Positions 62,756 through 64,000 of a stretch of DNA of 64,000 nt are shown piece after piece. The stretch's first letter is position 1, and each line of letters starts with the position of its first letter. The notes beneath the pieces are model-generated. The model was given only the letters and a program-made list of their open reading frames with translations. It was not told the origin of the DNA and made no database searches. The stretch spans positions 128,001 through 192,000 of the forward strand of contig DASPSR010000022.1 in assembly GCA_035623825.1 (NCBI GenBank), written 5' to 3'. Position numbers and translations under genes: made by a program. Source of the stretch: Nitrospirota bacterium (GTDB taxonomy: Bacteria; Nitrospirota; UBA9217).

Positions 62756-63316
62756 ATGAAAAAGGAAGCCCTTCTTGTTATCGACATGTTGAATGATTTC
62801 GTGCTGCCAGGCGCTCCTCTTGAGGTGCATGATGCAAGGACGATCATCCCTGTTGTTCAGAAAGAGATCGGGAGAGCCCGCACCGCCGGCATTCCCGTTA
62901 TCTATGTATGCGATTCGCATGCTGCCGACGACAAGGAGTTCAGGAAATTCGGCTGGCCCGCCCATGCGGTGAAGGGGACAGCGGGAGCCGCGATCATCGA
63001 TGATCTAAAGCCTGCACTGAGTGATTACGTGATACCGAAAGACACATACTCCGGATTTTACGGCACCAGGCTCGACGAAACCTTGAAAAGCCTGGGCGTG
63101 AACTCCCTGAGGCTCACGGGTTGCGTGACGCACATCTGCATCATGTTTACCGCCTCTGACGCCGTTCTGCGGGACTACGAGGTCTTGGTGGTGGAGAACG
63201 GGGTGGCCGGCCTCGCGAGGGAGGATCATGACGCCGCGCTCCGGATCATGAAGCAGGTGATGGGGGTTGAAATCGTAAAATCGGGGACAGAGGTATCTGG
63301 CAGGAAGGCAGCTTAG
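62756..63316 (+). CDS. pncA: Isochorismatase-family cysteine hydrolase, likely nicotinamidase
   Basis: IDMLNDF, DSH...EF..WPAHAV.GT, K..YSGF, GCVTHICI; GGAGGTGA SD; adjacent to pncB. Confidence 0.82.
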   Translation: MKKEALLVIDMLNDFVLPGAPLEVHDARTIIPVVQKEIGRARTAGIPVIYVCDSHAADDKEFRKFGWPAHAVKGTAGAAIIDDLKPALSDYVIPKDTYSGFYGTRLDETLKSLGVNSLRLTGCVTHICIMFTASDAVLRDYEVLVVENGVAGLAREDHDAALRIMKQVMGVEIVKSGTEVSGRKAA

Positions 63317-63382
63317 TAAGCGTTAAATGAGGATTTTCCCCCTTGCTCATTGATGCGGCCCCTGGACCTAATGGGAGGTTAC

Positions 63383-64000
63383 ATGTTCATCACCGCTGAT
63401 CCAAACGACATCCTCAACGGCAAGATCACGGACGTCTATTTCGATCGCGCCCTCAAGATACTAAAGGCCAGGAATATAAACCCCATGGTAAAGGCGGAGT
63501 TCATCGCCAAAAACCTTCCGAACAATTGGCCCTGGGCGCTCTATACCGGTGTGGGAGAGGCCATGGAACTCATGCAGCATCTGAAGGTAAAGGTCAGGAC
63601 GATGCGGGAGGGCTCAGTCTTTTATCCCTTCGAGCCGGTCATGGAGATCGAAGGAAGATACCAGGATTTCTGCGTGTACGAGACCGCTATCCTTGGGCTC
63701 ATTTGCCAGGCTTCGGGTGTTTCCACCCGGGCTTCACGCATGAAGAAGCTCGCCGGAGACCGGCTCATCATGAGCTTCGGCGCCCGCAGGATGCATCCCA
63801 TCCTGGCCCCAATGATCGAGCGGAACGCTTATGTGGGCGGGTGTGACGGCGTCGCCGTGGTGAAGTCCGGCGAGGTCATCGGCGAGGACCCCATGGGCAC
63901 GATGCCGCATGCCCTGATCCTGTGCCTGGGATCGACGGTAGAGGCGATCAAAGCATACGACGAGGTGCTCGATCCGAAGCTAAAAAGGGTTGCGCTCATT
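63383..64000 (+). CDS. pncB: Nicotinate phosphoribosyltransferase (archaeal-like type), truncated by window edge; not in ORF track
   Basis: GGAGG SD + ATG 63383, frame open to the window end: TDVYF, YETAILG, SFGARRMHP, GTMPHAL. Confidence 0.9.
   Translation, partial: MFITADPNDILNGKITDVYFDRALKILKARNINPMVKAEFIAKNLPNNWPWALYTGVGEAMELMQHLKVKVRTMREGSVFYPFEPVMEIEGRYQDFCVYETAILGLICQASGVSTRASRMKKLAGDRLIMSFGARRMHPILAPMIERNAYVGGCDGVAVVKSGEVIGEDPMGTMPHALILCLGSTVEAIKAYDEVLDPKLKRVALI

Overview
Gene-dense 64-kb chromosomal window from a GC-rich, Gram-negative and probably anaerobic bacterium. Gene content suggests Nitrospirota (Thermodesulfovibrionia-like) or Desulfobacterota, which is an inference. Housekeeping and metabolic genes: uppP, class II fba, apbE, SUF-minimal smsC/smsB, GH57 branching enzyme, glcD-like oxidase, L,D-transpeptidase, HD hydrolase, transketolase, a complete 13-gene E. 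coli-type nuo operon with fused nuoCD, FKBP PPIase, nagZ, an ABC/MFP/OMF exporter, hpt, ade, pncA and pncB. The ORF track misses several things. (1) Two split ORFs are really single selenoprotein genes with an in-frame UGA and a SECIS-like hairpin: a secreted DsbA-like U-P-Y-C protein and a HesB/IscA-like GG-U-SP protein next to smsCB. (2) An apparently self-contained Ser/Thr phosphosignalling locus (PP2C, vWA, Zn-ribbon-FHA, membrane FHA-vWA-FHA, Hanks kinase) sits behind a sigma-54-type promoter and faces a convergent FHA-domain sigma-54 activator; it also has a structured intergenic RNA candidate and a decayed Ig-like gene. This is the best candidate for a novel system. (3) An in-frame palindromic DNA insertion lies inside nuoG. 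(4) Several promoters appear to give leaderless mRNAs. (5) An ArsC-Acr3 fusion keeps an internal start. (6) An L,D-transpeptidase is paired with a catalytically dead paralog. No tRNA, rRNA, CRISPR array or intact transposase/integrase was seen. All calls come from reading motifs by eye; no database searches were run.
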